This document shows, piece after piece, positions 28,267 to 36,288 of a DNA stretch of 64,000 nucleotides. Positions within the stretch are counted from its first letter, which is position 1; every line of letters starts with the position of its first letter. Below the pieces are notes generated by a model. The model was given only the letters and a program-made list of their open reading frames with translations, searched no databases and was not told the origin of the DNA. Origin of the DNA: a candidate division WOR-3 bacterium (lineage in GTDB: Bacteria; SDB-A); NCBI GenBank assembly GCA_016934535.1, contig JAFGSQ010000019.1:2342-66341 (forward strand). The letters are read 5' to 3'. The translations under genes were made by a program, and so were the position numbers.

Positions 28267-29495
28267 AATCCGCAGTCAACGTCGGTATGATATGTCCTGG
28301 CGGGAACGCCGCGACTTTTTCCTCTCTCAGCCTTCACTACATGAAACAGGAACTGGCCGAAGAACCGGGCGTTTTCGCCGATTTCCTGTCAGAAGAAAAG
28401 GGCGTGCTAAAAGGTTTCGAAAGCGGTTTTGATCTAGGTAAATTTGACGTTTTAGCCGTCACTGCCAGCTGGCCGGGAGATTTTTTCAGCCTCAGGAAAA
28501 TCCTCGACGCGACTCCTCCTGAAAAACGCAGATTCAGGATACTGTGCGGCGGGCCAGGCGTATTGACGGCGCCTCATTCGTTTCTCGGAATATGCGACGC
28601 AGTATTTTTCGGCGATGCGGACTATATTTTTACAGACATCGTCGGAGACTTTTTGGCTGAAAAAACCGAAATGCCGTGGCTTATATTCGCCGGAGAAAAA
28701 AGAGCGCCGAAAATAAGGTTCAGCAAAATTGGAACAGGCAAAATGACACTGCCGGGAAATTCTTCAAGTTTCGGCGAGACCGGACTCGTCGAAATTTCCA
28801 GAGGGTGTCCATTTTCTTGCAGGTTCTGCTGGCTCAGCGGCGTGAGGAAAAATTTTCAACCCAGAGACACAGGAGAGATTCTCCGCGACGTGGAGAGTTT
28901 CCCTAAAGGAAAAATAGGCCTCGTCAGCGCGGCGTTTTTGAGCCACCCCGATATAACAAAAATCATTTCTGTTTGTCCTTCCGTCTCTCCACCCTCGTGC
29001 AGAGTAGATCTTGTCACTCCCGAAATATTATCGCTCCTCGCTGAAAAAAATGTCAGAGCGCTAACACTCGCACCCGAGACCTGTTCGGAAAAGCTTTCAA
29101 TTCAAATCGGCAAACCTTTCGACAAGAGAAAATTCTTTGAAACGGTCAAATTCGCCGGATTGAAAGGAATAAGGAAAATAAAGCTTTACATGATGACTGG
29201 TCTTCCCGGAGCGTCCCAGGACGACGCAAAAGAGACAGTTGAAACTCTTTTTGAACTGGCGGCTCTGACTAAAATCAGAATTGAAGCTTCCTTCAGCCAA
29301 TTCATACCGATGCCTTTTTCTGAATTCAATTCTATGCCCCTCGCCGAGGGGCAATGTTATTCAGACGAGATCAATACACTAAAAGACGGGCTTAAAAAAT
29401 GCAGAATTGCTACGAGGTTTTCATCTGACAAAACACAGAAAAAAATTTTCGATCTTATAATAAACAGTCAAAAGTATGTGACATGGTCAAATTAG
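28233..29495 (+). CDS. Radical SAM domain protein (the start is uncertain: 28242 or 28287)
   Basis: CxxxCxxC in VEISRGCPFSCRFCW; an N-terminal Rossmann-like region (B12-binding-like); 420 aa. Confidence 0.7.
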   Translation: MRKMAKKNPFLKSAVNVGMICPGGNAATFSSLSLHYMKQELAEEPGVFADFLSEEKGVLKGFESGFDLGKFDVLAVTASWPGDFFSLRKILDATPPEKRRFRILCGGPGVLTAPHSFLGICDAVFFGDADYIFTDIVGDFLAEKTEMPWLIFAGEKRAPKIRFSKIGTGKMTLPGNSSSFGETGLVEISRGCPFSCRFCWLSGVRKNFQPRDTGEILRDVESFPKGKIGLVSAAFLSHPDITKIISVCPSVSPPSCRVDLVTPEILSLLAEKNVRALTLAPETCSEKLSIQIGKPFDKRKFFETVKFAGLKGIRKIKLYMMTGLPGASQDDAKETVETLFELAALTKIRIEASFSQFIPMPFSEFNSMPLAEGQCYSDEINTLKDGLKKCRIATRFSSDKTQKKIFDLIINSQKYVTWSN

Positions 29496-29539
29496 ATATT
29501 GATCTTTTCAATTTATTCGCATGGATAAGTTATATCGTG

Positions 29540-29568
29540 TTGATTTATGACAGCTTTAATATTATAAT
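29540..29568 (+). promoter_or_regulatory. Candidate sigma70 promoter TTGATT-N17-TATAAT for the downstream secreted-protein gene
   Basis: TTGATT at 29540-29545 and TATAAT at 29563-29568. An AGGAGG RBS sits at 29607-29612 and the ATG at 29617. Confidence 0.4.
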
Positions 29569-29616
29569 CTATTATTAACCTTGTGCAATGTTGTACAACA
29601 AATAACAGGAGGTGCT

Positions 29617-31212
29617 ATGATGAGAATGTTTTTAGTGCTGTCTCTGGCACTGCTGACGCTCGCCTCGGCTGCTTTTACCGAGAATTTTTCCAGAGCCGGG
29701 AATCCCGACCCTGAAATACTTCCCTCTATAACCGGAACCATGTTCAGACAGGGCTCCAGGGCCGGCGACGTACTTTTCGTCGAGGCTTGCGGTCAGCCAG
29801 GTTTCGGCCCGGCTACAAAACCCGACCCGAGATGGACGATGTATCTCGACTCGACTCTCGGTCCCGGCAACTACGACTGGTACGGACCGATAAACGACAC
29901 CGGCGACGGCCCGACGGTCGACACGATGCTTATGTACGATCTGGTCATCTGGAACACTTACGATTGGTGGTGGACAAGTCCGACTTATCCGTCTACGACC
30001 TCTCTCAACAACATGGCGTTGTACATGGATCAGGGCGGAAAGGTCTGGTTCATAGGCCAGGACGCGCACTGGAGCACGGGCACAGGTATGAACGCCTGGC
30101 TGCTTTCATATTTTGAAGTCCAGAGCGTCACAGACGATGTCATAAACGGCGTCTCTCCAATAACCTGCACCGGCGAAAATTTCCTCACCGGATTCAGCTA
30201 CTCGAACGCTTCCGATTTTGCTTCGAACGATTTTTACTCCGACGGCCTGACTATGACCGCCAACGGACAAACCGTTACAGCGTCTTCCGGCTATCACATC
30301 AACTCCCTGGCCAACGACTCTAATGCAGCATACTGGACTAACGACCTGAGAACAATATCTCCAAACTCCACACCGATAGCCATAGTAGATACAATGCTGG
30401 ATTACCTTTTGGGCACCGGCACAGGTCCCGACTACTGTGACACCATCACTTACTGGAACTGGGGAGACATTGAAAACGGAATAAACTACGGAGATCCGCC
30501 GGAATGGATGGCGATGGCGATCAAACTGACCCAGACAGAACTCTCTCCCTACACCGGAAGATACATCCGCAATGTGTGGTTCCAGCTCAGAACGGGCACC
30601 AACCCTGCCGCTGACGCCAGGGTAATCGTCTTGGGCGATACTGCTGTGGGCGACACACTCGCAGTAGTTCCTTTCACGGTTACCGGAGATTCCGGATGGT
30701 ATTACATATCTCTCGGAGATGATTCCGTTCTTATCAACCCGACTGACACTCTCTGGATAATGGTCGGATTCACTTATGCTTCCGGAAATTATCCCTTCCC
30801 CTGCAACGCCGGATCTCTTATAGCTCAGAAGAGCGATTGGGCCTGGACAAACTCCGGAGGATGGGAATATCTCAGCGCTTACGGTCTCAACTACGGTTGG
30901 TGCATAGTCGCGACGACGTGCGCCGCCAACTCCGTCGAAGAAGAGATAATCGGTTCGCCGATATATCCTTTTGACGTCAGAGCAGTGACACCCATAGGAA
31001 GAAAGACTGCGATAAGCTTCTCGAGTCCTTTCATGGTCGGCGTCAATGTCAACGTATTTGACGTCACCGGAAGAATCGTCGAGAACCTCTTCTCGGGATC
31101 AATTCAGGGACAGAGGACTTTTGAGTTCACTTCAGACGTTCCGGGGACCTATTTCTATCAGGTCAACGCTTCGGGTGTAAACTACACGGGTAAACTGACG
31201 ATCATAGACTGA
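29617..31212 (+). CDS. Secreted protein with a T9SS-type C-terminal sorting domain
   Basis: Signal peptide MMRMFLVLSLALLTLASAAF after AGGAGG. The C-terminus ...GTYFYQVNASGVNYTGKLTIID matches the Por_Secre_tail pattern. The track start at 29581 lacks an RBS. Confidence 0.65.
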   Translation: MMRMFLVLSLALLTLASAAFTENFSRAGNPDPEILPSITGTMFRQGSRAGDVLFVEACGQPGFGPATKPDPRWTMYLDSTLGPGNYDWYGPINDTGDGPTVDTMLMYDLVIWNTYDWWWTSPTYPSTTSLNNMALYMDQGGKVWFIGQDAHWSTGTGMNAWLLSYFEVQSVTDDVINGVSPITCTGENFLTGFSYSNASDFASNDFYSDGLTMTANGQTVTASSGYHINSLANDSNAAYWTNDLRTISPNSTPIAIVDTMLDYLLGTGTGPDYCDTITYWNWGDIENGINYGDPPEWMAMAIKLTQTELSPYTGRYIRNVWFQLRTGTNPAADARVIVLGDTAVGDTLAVVPFTVTGDSGWYYISLGDDSVLINPTDTLWIMVGFTYASGNYPFPCNAGSLIAQKSDWAWTNSGGWEYLSAYGLNYGWCIVATTCAANSVEEEIIGSPIYPFDVRAVTPIGRKTAISFSSPFMVGVNVNVFDVTGRIVENLFSGSIQGQRTFEFTSDVPGTYFYQVNASGVNYTGKLTIID

Positions 31213-31226
31213 GGATCTTTTCCTTA

Positions 31227-31259
31227 TAAAGAGGGGGGCCCTGCTCCCCTCTTTTTTTT
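31227..31259 (+). terminator. Rho-independent terminator
   Basis: Stem-loop aagagggg-ggccctgct-cccctctt followed by a T8 run, 15 nt after the stop codon. Confidence 0.7.
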
Positions 31260-31307
31260 ATTCACTTTGCGGTAGAAGTTATTTTTTTCATACTAGTTTT
31301 TAAGATA

Positions 31308-31895
31308 AAGAAATTTCTACCACGAAGTATAAAATTTTGGGACAAATTTTATATGACACTGTTTTATTTCTTCCTGCTTCGTGTAGGAGGATTGCTTGCA
31401 ATCCTCTTTTCGTGCAGGTGGGAAGCGATGCTTCCCACCCTTCGTGGTTGATATCTCTTGTTCTTTCTCTTTATATTAAATACAAAATACAATTTTTACC
31501 ACGAAGCAGAGGCATGTTAAATTACATTCAGCATGCCTCTTACACGAAGGTCTGCTTATTTGCACAGAGCAAATAAGCAGCCTACACGAAGTATAAAATT
31601 TGTGAAACAAATTTTATATGAAAAAGTTCTTTGGATTAATTTTCTTCACCTTCGTGAAGATGGATTGTTTACAATCCATCCTTCGTGAAGCCGCTAATAT
31701 TCGCGGCCTTCGTGGTGGATATCTCTTTTTGTTTTTATTTCTAAGTTTAATTAAAGAAATAAGAGAATTTCTACCACGAAGCAGAGACATGTTAAATTAC
31801 ATTCAGCATGCCTCTTACACGAAGGTCTGCTTATTTGCACAGAGCAAATAAGCAGACTACACGAAATATAAAATTTGTGAAACAAATTTTATAAA
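31308..31895. repeat. Array of 13 small hairpins, each preceded by the 7-mer CACGAAG in either orientation. It is organised as two higher-order units of about 254 and 284 bp.
   Basis: CACGAAG or its reverse complement CTTCGTG occurs 13 times in 590 bp. Five hairpin types (A-E) are present. Types D and E are 95 bp near-identical between the units, while B and C differ in sequence but keep their base pairing. See the findings. Confidence 0.85.
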
Positions 31896-31938
31896 TAAAC
31901 CTCTTTCTGCTTTCTTTCCTTTGTGTTCCAATTTTTGT

Positions 31939-31966
31939 TTGCAAAAATTGTATCCGCGGTTATATT
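31939..31966 (+). promoter_or_regulatory. Candidate promoter TTGCAA-N16-TATATT for the zinc-ribbon/lipid A operon
   Basis: TTGCAA at 31939-31944 and TATATT at 31961-31966. A second TATAAT lies at about 32027. Confidence 0.3.
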
Positions 31967-32057
31967 CTTTTTCTTAAACTTCATAATGAAATCCCAAGTT
32001 GTGATTTCAGCCGACGAAAGTTTTATGTTATAATAGTTTTTTTTGAAAAGGCGGAAA

Positions 32058-32645
32058 ATGGTATCTGTTTGCCCGCAATGCGGAGGAAAGGTAACACAGC
32101 GGATTTCCCCCCAGGTGGTCCTTTGCCCTTACTGCGGCAGTTCAGTCGAAGTTGAGGCGCTCTCATCTGAAGTCTGGACTCTGAACCCCGTGATAGAGAA
32201 AAAGGCGGCGTGGAATCTTGCCTCGTCCTGCATCGGTGAAATAAGTTTCATCAAAGGATATCTAGTGCCTTTTTCCTCTCCTCCGATAAGCGTTCCGCTC
32301 AACGAAAAAGCGCCGCGGGGTCTCAAATTGAGCTTCGGCGACAGAATTTTCAAGGACAGACTGGACGGATTCGAGACCTTGTCTTCAAAGAACAAACCTT
32401 ACGCCTACATACCTTTCTGGCAAGCAAAAAAAGACGGAGCCTGCGTATGGATTTCGGCATCCGACGGTTCTAGGACAGTGATAAAAGATGAAAAAAAACC
32501 GTCCAAAACTTTCCTGCTTGAAACAGTAGCGCTGGCATTATCGATAGCGGCGGGAACCGTCTGGAAATTGAGTTTCGCGCTTTCCGTACTCGCATTTTCC
32601 GCGATTTTCACGTTAAGTCTTTTTATAAGACCGGGAAAAAAATGA
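32058..32645 (+). CDS. Zinc-ribbon membrane protein of unknown function (paralog 1)
   Basis: ATG at 32058 after AAAGGCGGA. An N-terminal CPQC...CPYC ribbon; two C-terminal TM helices; an IPFW motif. Confidence 0.6.
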   Translation: MVSVCPQCGGKVTQRISPQVVLCPYCGSSVEVEALSSEVWTLNPVIEKKAAWNLASSCIGEISFIKGYLVPFSSPPISVPLNEKAPRGLKLSFGDRIFKDRLDGFETLSSKNKPYAYIPFWQAKKDGACVWISASDGSRTVIKDEKKPSKTFLLETVALALSIAAGTVWKLSFALSVLAFSAIFTLSLFIRPGKK

Positions 32646-33586
32646 ACGTATCAATATCATGCCCGTCATGCGCTTCGCCGGTTTCATACGCGTCAGGCAA
32701 CAAAGTCTGCAGGTGCCTGTCATGCGGAACGGTGCTGAAAATATTACTGACTGGCGGGATATTCAGTTACAGGAAGGAAATTCAGGAATCAATCCTGGAA
32801 AAAGCCGTGAAAACTTCTCTCGACGACTTCTGCCAGAACAATGATTACAGAATCATAGACAGAGATGTTATATTCCTGCCGATTTGGTGTGCAGAAGGAA
32901 GAGTTACCGGCTGGGTTTCCGGAAAAGTGAACAAAAAAAGGACACCTTATTCAGTGGAGGACGGAAAAGGAAAAAAAAGGGTTTTGTTCAGGACCGAGGG
33001 AGGAGAAGTACTCAGGAGGATAATTGACGTCCCTTTGACCTTTTTCGACGTAGACAACTCATTTTTCAGGGAATATTTTCCATCAGTCGATTTATTCTCC
33101 GGCGCCCGAGAAGACAACCTTCTTCTTTTCGATGAAGATAAAATGAAAGATTCCGGAAAAATATATTTTCCGGAAAAGGAAATTGAAGAAGCGAAAGCGG
33201 TTTTTGTAAAAAAAATGAAAGAAACCGCACTTTCGCATTGGGACGCGAAAAAATTCGACTTTTTCAGATCAGTTTCTGAAGTTTTGAATTTCAACCTGAC
33301 CCTGATATTCTATCCTGTCCTGTTAGTCAGGTTCGTTCTTTCAAAAAGAGAAGGATTTGTAATAATCGACTGTACGACCGGAAAAACAGCGGGCAGGAAA
33401 ATGACAGTGCTCAAATCCGGAGAAGAGAATTTCCTTGCCAAAAAAGGGCTTTTTTGCCTTGCCTCCTCTGTTGTGGGCTACGTCTCGGGGATACTGATAT
33501 CTAGAGGCGGTTTTTTTGCCGGCGTGGGGATTTTTCTCGCTCTCCTAGGCGCTGTTTTCCTGTTCAGGAAGAATTATGGCGATTAG
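32642..33586 (+). CDS. Zinc-ribbon membrane protein of unknown function (paralog 2)
   Basis: ATGA overlap with the previous gene. CPSC...CRC/CLSCG ribbons; an LPIW motif; two C-terminal TM helices; 314 aa. Confidence 0.6.
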   Translation: MNVSISCPSCASPVSYASGNKVCRCLSCGTVLKILLTGGIFSYRKEIQESILEKAVKTSLDDFCQNNDYRIIDRDVIFLPIWCAEGRVTGWVSGKVNKKRTPYSVEDGKGKKRVLFRTEGGEVLRRIIDVPLTFFDVDNSFFREYFPSVDLFSGAREDNLLLFDEDKMKDSGKIYFPEKEIEEAKAVFVKKMKETALSHWDAKKFDFFRSVSEVLNFNLTLIFYPVLLVRFVLSKREGFVIIDCTTGKTAGRKMTVLKSGEENFLAKKGLFCLASSVVGYVSGILISRGGFFAGVGIFLALLGAVFLFRKNYGD

Positions 33587-34286
33587 AATCGTTCCGCTCG
33601 TATGCGGTATATGCGGCAACAGCCTTAAAGCGAAAGATTCAGACCAGGTGTTTTTGTGCTCTCACTGCGTCAAGGCATTTGAACCGCAGGAAACGACTGA
33701 CAATGTTTTTAATGTATTGTCGTCTTCTTCTGAAGACTCCAGCGTTTTTCTTCCCTATTTCCTTATCAGGGGCACCGTGACAGAAAATGAAATTGAAATC
33801 ATAGACCTTGACGATCTCGCCGAACTGAGCGCCTCTGATTATTTCGGGACACTTAATCCTTTTCATGACAACGAAAAGACAAAAGAAGAAATTGTCATCA
33901 GCGCCGGCAAAAAAATGATAGAGGCAAAGATCCTCAAAAAACCATACTCATTATCAGTAGCCGTACCGGCTTTTAAGTCCAAAAACGCGATTCAATACGG
34001 TATGGAATACGGCAAAATTTTTCCCGCTGAACCAAGGTTTGAAAAAAAATACGCCGAACCGTCCCTTTCCCTGCAAATGTCTTCAGGCGGCGCGGTTTTA
34101 ACGGCAAAAAACCTTATTCTGAACGCGAGAGCTAAGGAAAACTCCTACATTCTCAGCATTGACTTCGACTGGAGAATTGATATTATAAGCGTCGTGATAC
34201 TCGGTTTCAAAGAAACCGGCGGTGTTTTGGAAAACGAAGAAACCGGCCTGAAGATTCCGAAGACAGCCCTGAAAGAGGACAAATGA
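33576..34286 (+). CDS. Zinc-ribbon protein of unknown function (paralog 3, soluble)
   Basis: 11-nt overlap with the previous gene. CGICG...CSHC ribbon; an LPYF motif; 236 aa. Confidence 0.55.
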   Translation: MAIRIVPLVCGICGNSLKAKDSDQVFLCSHCVKAFEPQETTDNVFNVLSSSSEDSSVFLPYFLIRGTVTENEIEIIDLDDLAELSASDYFGTLNPFHDNEKTKEEIVISAGKKMIEAKILKKPYSLSVAVPAFKSKNAIQYGMEYGKIFPAEPRFEKKYAEPSLSLQMSSGGAVLTAKNLILNARAKENSYILSIDFDWRIDIISVVILGFKETGGVLENEETGLKIPKTALKEDK

Positions 34287-35914
34287 CAGAAAAAACAAAA
34301 TTTTCAATAAAACGGGGACAAATCCCTTTTGAAGTGTTCAAATCTTCCGGCCTCAATCTTGAAAACGTCATAGCCTGCCGCCTGAACGGTTTTCCCGCGG
34401 ACCTGCTTCTGCAGGTAAAGGATTCATTCAATGTCACTCCTATAACCGCTTCCGATACTGATTGGCTGAGGATATACAGAAACTCGATGACCTTTCTCCT
34501 TTTCAGGGCGGTCAGCGAGATATTCAGAAACACTCGTGTGGTAGTCAACCATTCCATTTCTTCGGGATATTATTACGAAATTGTGTCGTCAGTTCTCCCG
34601 AGGGCCGACGAAATTACGGCCATCGAATCGAGAATGAAAAAAATCGCCGAAAACGACGAAGAAATCCAGCGGGAAGTAATTTCAAAAGAAAAAGCCGTCA
34701 AACTTTTTGAGAATAAAGGCAGAAAAGACACGGCCGGCCTTTTAAAAAATTACGACCGTGACGAAATCGTCCTGTACAAATCCGGCCCCGTTTTTGATTT
34801 TTATAATTCTCCTCTCGCTCCCAAAACCGGCATTCTCAAACATTTCGCTGTAAAATCATATCCGCCTGGAATCGTCGTTCAGTTTCCGTCTGCCAATAAC
34901 CCGTCAAAGCTCGGTCCGTGGAAAGAACAGAAAAAGCTGTTTAAAATATATCACGAACAGAGGAGATGGAATCAGATACTCGATATAATCAATGTCAGAG
35001 ACCTGAATCAGGCTATTGCCCGAGGAAAGGGAGGAGAAATTATCCGGGTCGCTGAAGCCCTGCACGAAAAGAAGCTTTCCGCTATAGCCGACGAAGTTTC
35101 CCACGACCGCCAGAAAAGGGTCATTTTGATTTCCGGACCGAGCTCGTCAGGAAAGACGACTTTTTCGCGCAGACTGACAATAGCCTTGCAGGTAAACGGA
35201 CTCCGGTCGGTGACTCTCTCGCTTGACAACTACTTCGTCGACAGAGAACAGACTCCCCTCGACGAAAAAGGGAATCCCGATTATGAGTCTCCTAAAACAA
35301 TTCAGACCGATTTATTCCGTGAACAGCTCCTGAGCCTCCTAAACGGCAAAAAGGTCCGGGTTCCCAAATTCGATTTCACGACGGGAAAGAAAAAAGTCAA
35401 TTCGGTCGAGACGTCCATAGAACCGGGTCACCCGATAATAATCGAGGGCATCCACGCCCTGAACGAAGATCTGACTGATATGCTCGAACCCGAAGTGAAA
35501 CTGAAACTTTACGCAAGTCCGTTGACGCAGGTCAACATGGACGATCACAACAGAGTAACTACGTCCGACTGCCGTATACTGAGAAGGATTGTCAGGGACA
35601 GCCAGTTCAGAGGCTACAGCCCCACGGACACAATTAACAGATGGCAGAGCATCTCCCGCGGCGAAGGAAGATGGATCTACCCTTATCAGGAAACCGCCGA
35701 CATCATGTTCAACACTTCTCTCATATACGAGATACCGGCCTTAAAAAGAAAAGCCGTCGAAATGTTAAAAACAGTAAAAGAATCTGAACCGGCGTACATG
35801 GAAGCAGTCAGGCTTCTATCAATTCTCGAATTTTACTCCGAGATGGAAACAGATGAAATACCATTCACTTCCGTCCTCAGGGAGTTCATTGGCGGAAGCG
35901 TTTTTAAATACTGA
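34283..35914 (+). CDS. Fusion of a threonyl-tRNA synthetase N-terminal (TGS plus second additional domain)-like region to a uridine/cytidine kinase-family P-loop kinase
   Basis: The N-terminal TGS-like region resembles the ThrRS N-terminus. The P-loop LISGPSSSGKTTFSRRL and the IIEGIHAL motif are typical of Udk/PRK kinases; 543 aa. Confidence 0.7.
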   Translation: MTEKTKFSIKRGQIPFEVFKSSGLNLENVIACRLNGFPADLLLQVKDSFNVTPITASDTDWLRIYRNSMTFLLFRAVSEIFRNTRVVVNHSISSGYYYEIVSSVLPRADEITAIESRMKKIAENDEEIQREVISKEKAVKLFENKGRKDTAGLLKNYDRDEIVLYKSGPVFDFYNSPLAPKTGILKHFAVKSYPPGIVVQFPSANNPSKLGPWKEQKKLFKIYHEQRRWNQILDIINVRDLNQAIARGKGGEIIRVAEALHEKKLSAIADEVSHDRQKRVILISGPSSSGKTTFSRRLTIALQVNGLRSVTLSLDNYFVDREQTPLDEKGNPDYESPKTIQTDLFREQLLSLLNGKKVRVPKFDFTTGKKKVNSVETSIEPGHPIIIEGIHALNEDLTDMLEPEVKLKLYASPLTQVNMDDHNRVTTSDCRILRRIVRDSQFRGYSPTDTINRWQSISRGEGRWIYPYQETADIMFNTSLIYEIPALKRKAVEMLKTVKESEPAYMEAVRLLSILEFYSEMETDEIPFTSVLREFIGGSVFKY

Positions 35915-36282
35915 TGATTCAGGGAATTGGCATAGACATAGTCGAAAAGAGAAGAATAGCGTCCGCTTTGAGCAAATTCGGCGTCAGATTCGCTGAAAAG
36001 ATATTGTCTGAATCCGAACTTGCCGAATTTACGTCGAGAGAATATGATATCGAATGGCTTGCGGGAAGGTTTTCCGCCAAAGAAGCGGCTTCCAAAGCTA
36101 TCGGCACCGGAATGAGAGACGGGATATGGTTCAAGGATTTTTGTGTTGCCTCTTCGGATGGAAAACCAGCAATAATATTGAATGGCAATGCTAAAAAACG
36201 CGCAGGCGACGGATTTTTTCATCTTTCAATAAGTCACGAAAGAGAATACGCAGTTTCAGTAGTAATATTCGAGAAAGGATAA
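35914..36282 (+). CDS. acpS: Holo-[acyl-carrier-protein] synthase
   Basis: N-terminus MIQGIGIDIVEKRRI...; 122 aa; 4'-phosphopantetheinyl transferase motifs. Confidence 0.85.
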   Translation: MIQGIGIDIVEKRRIASALSKFGVRFAEKILSESELAEFTSREYDIEWLAGRFSAKEAASKAIGTGMRDGIWFKDFCVASSDGKPAIILNGNAKKRAGDGFFHLSISHEREYAVSVVIFEKG

Positions 36283-36288
36283 AAGTGA

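Noticed and set aside
31337-31851. Two small plus-strand ORFs (79 and 77 aa) sharing the C-terminus ...LPRSRDMLNYIQHASYTKVCLFAQSK
   Set aside because: They lie entirely within the hairpin/7-mer repeat array. Their similarity reflects the duplicated D+E hairpin block, there is no RBS, and the reading frames run through palindromes.
31308-31895. Whether the repeat region is a CRISPR array
   Set aside because: It has no constant 25-40 nt direct repeat alternating with unique spacers. The recurring element is a 7-mer, and the intervening segments are themselves palindromic hairpins that recur. No cas genes are present in the window.
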